The notes under the pieces are model-generated. The model made no database searches. It was given only the letters and a program-made list of their open reading frames with translations, and was not told where the DNA came from. DNA of 60,568 nt, counting the filler, from Globobulimina sp. (Eukaryota), in the NCBI GenBank assembly GCA_003354225.1. It is 17 parts of 17 records of this genome, joined end to end, with 100 filler letters (N's around TTAATTAATTAA, not from the genome) between each part and the next. Parts side by side here need not be neighbours in the genome. Positions count along the whole stretch, not along the records: positions 57,104 to 60,568 come from PIVH01002729.1; 16 more parts are not named here. One strand, written 5' to 3'. Shown here piece by piece: positions 57,993 through 60,568 of the stretch. A program made the translations under genes and the position numbers. Each line of letters opens with the position of its first letter. The stretch's first letter is position 1.

Positions 57993-60392
57993 ATGGCCGA
58001 CGTAGCACCAAAAGAAGGCGAATGGATTTTGCGTCCAGCAAAGACGAACTGGATCGCGACATTGTCGAACAAGAATTACTGGGCCTTTTATTTCCTAGTG
58101 ATTGTGGCAATTTGTGTGGGCGGAATTGGTTATTTTGGGGAAGTGGCGCATTATGAGGTGCCGCCATTGTGCGATTTCGTGGGTCCTGATGGCAGCGTGG
58201 TGATATCGGCCAAGAGCATCAATCACGGCGAGGAGGTGTTCCATTTGCGAGGTTTGATGGCTTATGGCTCCTTCTTAGGGGATGGCAGTGAGCGTGGCCC
58301 CGATTATACGGCCGAGGCGTTGCACGAATTAGCAATTGGAATGACCAAACATTACGAATCCAAATTGAAGCACAAGACGCAGCACGATGTGGAAGCCCTG
58401 AAACCCAGAGTCCGCATGGAACTCCGCAACAACGCGTACGATTTGGAGAAGGATGTGATTGTCTTGAATTCGGCGCAAATCTCTGCGTGGAAGAGGATCA
58501 AAACTTATTATCGGCGAATCTTTGCGGGTGCGGACCAAGGAACGTCCACTTTGACGCCAAATATGTTCATAACGAACCCGACGGACATCGCAGATTTGGC
58601 CGGCTTCTTTTTTTGGGGCGCCTGGATGTCTGCGGCGGCGCGACCCGGCGAAGATTACAGTTATACTCATAATTGGCCGCATGAGCCGTTGGCGGGAAAC
58701 ATCCCAACGCCGGCCGTGATTTTGTGGTCGGCCATCTCAGTGTTGATATTATGGTTTGGTTTGGCGGCCACCCTATTTATTTACGGACAGTTGGACCACG
58801 AAAACGAGGACGAAGAGGACATTAAGACGAAAGGACAGCCGTTGACGACCCAGGATTTGGAGACTGGCGTTGTCCGCGAAACGCAGGTGGACTGTTACAA
58901 GTTCTTCGTATTATCGATGCTGGCCTTCGCCATTCAAGTGATAGCCGGGGTTTGCTGCGCCATCGACTTCGTGCGACCGCTCGGCTTCTCGGCCTGTTAC
59001 ATATTGGGTTACAACGTCTTGCGTTCCTATCACGCCACTTTCCAGATCTTCTGGTTCTTTGTGGCTTGGGTTGGAACCACCATTTGGTTTTTGCCGCGTT
59101 TCCAGCGACGAGTGCCCATTGGACAGAAATTTTTGATTAATTTGTTGTTTGGCGGTTGCTGTGTGGTGGCACTTGGCGGCGCCATCGGTATTCCATTGGG
59201 ACAGACCGGGTACATTCAGGGCGAAATGGCGTATTATTTCGGATCGCAAGGCTGGGAATTTATGGAATTGGGCCGCATATTTCAGGATTTATTGTTGTGC
59301 GGCTTTGTGTTATGGATTTTGATCTTATTTCGCGGCGTCTATTCGTACATTACGTGGAACACCATCTGGTCGACTCCGGCCTGGGTGTTTTACGGCAGTT
59401 TGGTGATGGTTTGGTTTTTATTTTTCAGTTTGAAGGTGACGCCGAAAACGAATTTCATAGTGTCGGACTTCTGGCGGTGGATGGTGGTGCATATGTGGGT
59501 CGAGGTAACTTTTGAAGTGTTCACCACTGTGATTGTGGCCTTCTTGTACCGCGAAATGGGATTAGTGAGCAAAAAGGCAGCGGAGCGAGCCACGTATATC
59601 GCGGTGATGTTGTTCTTTTTGACTGCGACCATCGGTGTGGGGCATAATTTTTATTGGATTGCGAAGCCAACGGGAGTCATTGCGATGGGCAGCGCCTTCT
59701 CGACGACGCAGGTGATGCCTCTTATTTTGCTGACGATGGACGCCTGGAAATTCATCCAAATGCGCGAGAAAGCCGAGTTGGAGCAAGCGAAAGGAAATCA
59801 GAAGCATATTATGCGCGGAGTGTGGTTATTTATGTTGGGCGTCAACTTCTGGAATGTGTTTGGTGCCGGAATCTTGGGCTCGTTTATCAATTTACCCGTT
59901 GTCAATTATTACATGCACTCGACATATTTGACTGGCAATCATGCTCATGCCGCCATGTGGGGCGTAAAAGGAAACATTGCCATTGCCGGCGTCTTATTTT
60001 GTGTGCAACATACGGTGCAAGAGAAGTATTGGTCGCCTAAGATCGTGTCGGTGGCGTTCTGGTCGTTGAATGGTGGTATTGCGGCGCAGATGTTTTTGTC
60101 GATGTTCCCCGCGGGTTTGGTGCATATGTACACCGCCATGGCAGAGGGACTATGGGCAGCGCGTACGCACGATATGTATAATTCGACCATCTTCCAGAAT
60201 TTAGCGAAAGGTCGAGCCTTCGGAGGACATATCTTTTTATGGGGTGGCTTATTGCCGTTGGTTTATTTCGTGGTTTCCAGATATTTCTATCTCAAACCAG
60301 TCACGCCGAATATTGATAAGAATCGCAAATATGACTCATTTTGGTTGGATGCTGCGCATACTGCACCTTATTCCACTAAAAAACTCGTGTAA
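57993..60392 (+). CDS. nod: qNor-family heme-iron enzyme with nitric oxide dismutase (Nod) signature residues
   Basis: YGSFLGDG..RGPDYTAEALH, YSYTHNWP.EP..GN, GSQGWEFMELGR, WRWMVVHMWVEVTFEVF, GHNFYW, STTQVMPL, WNVFGAG and HAHAAMWG. 799 aa, complete. Confidence 0.9.
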   Translation: MADVAPKEGEWILRPAKTNWIATLSNKNYWAFYFLVIVAICVGGIGYFGEVAHYEVPPLCDFVGPDGSVVISAKSINHGEEVFHLRGLMAYGSFLGDGSERGPDYTAEALHELAIGMTKHYESKLKHKTQHDVEALKPRVRMELRNNAYDLEKDVIVLNSAQISAWKRIKTYYRRIFAGADQGTSTLTPNMFITNPTDIADLAGFFFWGAWMSAAARPGEDYSYTHNWPHEPLAGNIPTPAVILWSAISVLILWFGLAATLFIYGQLDHENEDEEDIKTKGQPLTTQDLETGVVRETQVDCYKFFVLSMLAFAIQVIAGVCCAIDFVRPLGFSACYILGYNVLRSYHATFQIFWFFVAWVGTTIWFLPRFQRRVPIGQKFLINLLFGGCCVVALGGAIGIPLGQTGYIQGEMAYYFGSQGWEFMELGRIFQDLLLCGFVLWILILFRGVYSYITWNTIWSTPAWVFYGSLVMVWFLFFSLKVTPKTNFIVSDFWRWMVVHMWVEVTFEVFTTVIVAFLYREMGLVSKKAAERATYIAVMLFFLTATIGVGHNFYWIAKPTGVIAMGSAFSTTQVMPLILLTMDAWKFIQMREKAELEQAKGNQKHIMRGVWLFMLGVNFWNVFGAGILGSFINLPVVNYYMHSTYLTGNHAHAAMWGVKGNIAIAGVLFCVQHTVQEKYWSPKIVSVAFWSLNGGIAAQMFLSMFPAGLVHMYTAMAEGLWAARTHDMYNSTIFQNLAKGRAFGGHIFLWGGLLPLVYFVVSRYFYLKPVTPNIDKNRKYDSFWLDAAHTAPYSTKKLV

Positions 60393-60568
60393 ATTCTTAG
60401 TATTATTATTAGTATTAATATTAGAAAACAATGACATTTGAAGAATTATTTCCCGAATATTTGTCTGGCGATCTTTTATTGCTTTTTTGTTTTTTTGCTT
60501 TTTATATTCACTTTGTTACTTTTTTTTTCTTTTTTTTCTTTATTTCCAGATGTTTTGTTTTCCATTTT

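Noticed and set aside
58329-60190. Many antisense and alternate-frame ORFs over nod and other long genes
   Set aside because: Shadow ORFs caused by codon bias; no recognisable motifs.
50206-60392. Multicopper oxidase as NirK forming a denitrification cluster with nod
   Set aside because: The genes are on different contigs. The oxidase has its type-1 Cys in domain 2 plus four HxH motifs, unlike NirK.
57993-60392. nod as simple bacterial contamination
   Set aside because: Same contig as a MYND-finger gene, AT-rich eukaryote-like flanks, no operon partners and a KKXX tail. Not fully excluded without read-level checks.

Overview
This window is not one locus. It is 17 unrelated contigs of 3472 down to 3465 bp, sorted by length and joined by identical 100-nt spacers (44 N + TTAATTAATTAA + 44 N), so gene neighbourhood only counts within a contig. 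The DNA is AT-rich and eukaryotic: standard code, many short GT-AG introns (about 50-180 nt) that restore conserved motifs when spliced, and genes for a Rho GTPase, SLC12 transporter, chromo, MYND, RING and C2H2 proteins. It is most plausibly a foraminiferan or related rhizarian (inference). Several contigs look chimeric, as expected from amplified single-cell DNA. Highlights: (1) a complete qNor-family gene with all recalled nitric oxide dismutase (Nod) substitutions, next to a eukaryotic MYND gene and ending in a KKXX ER-retrieval motif; (2) a spliced, NLS-bearing homologue of phage thymine-hypermodification enzymes; (3) a single-pass receptor-like protein with a cytoplasmic caspase-family domain; (4) a membrane-anchored two-domain ceruloplasmin-like multicopper oxidase; (5) a SAP plus claudin-like fusion; (6) a LINE-like element with an unrecognised ORF1. 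All family calls come from motif recognition by eye, without database searches.
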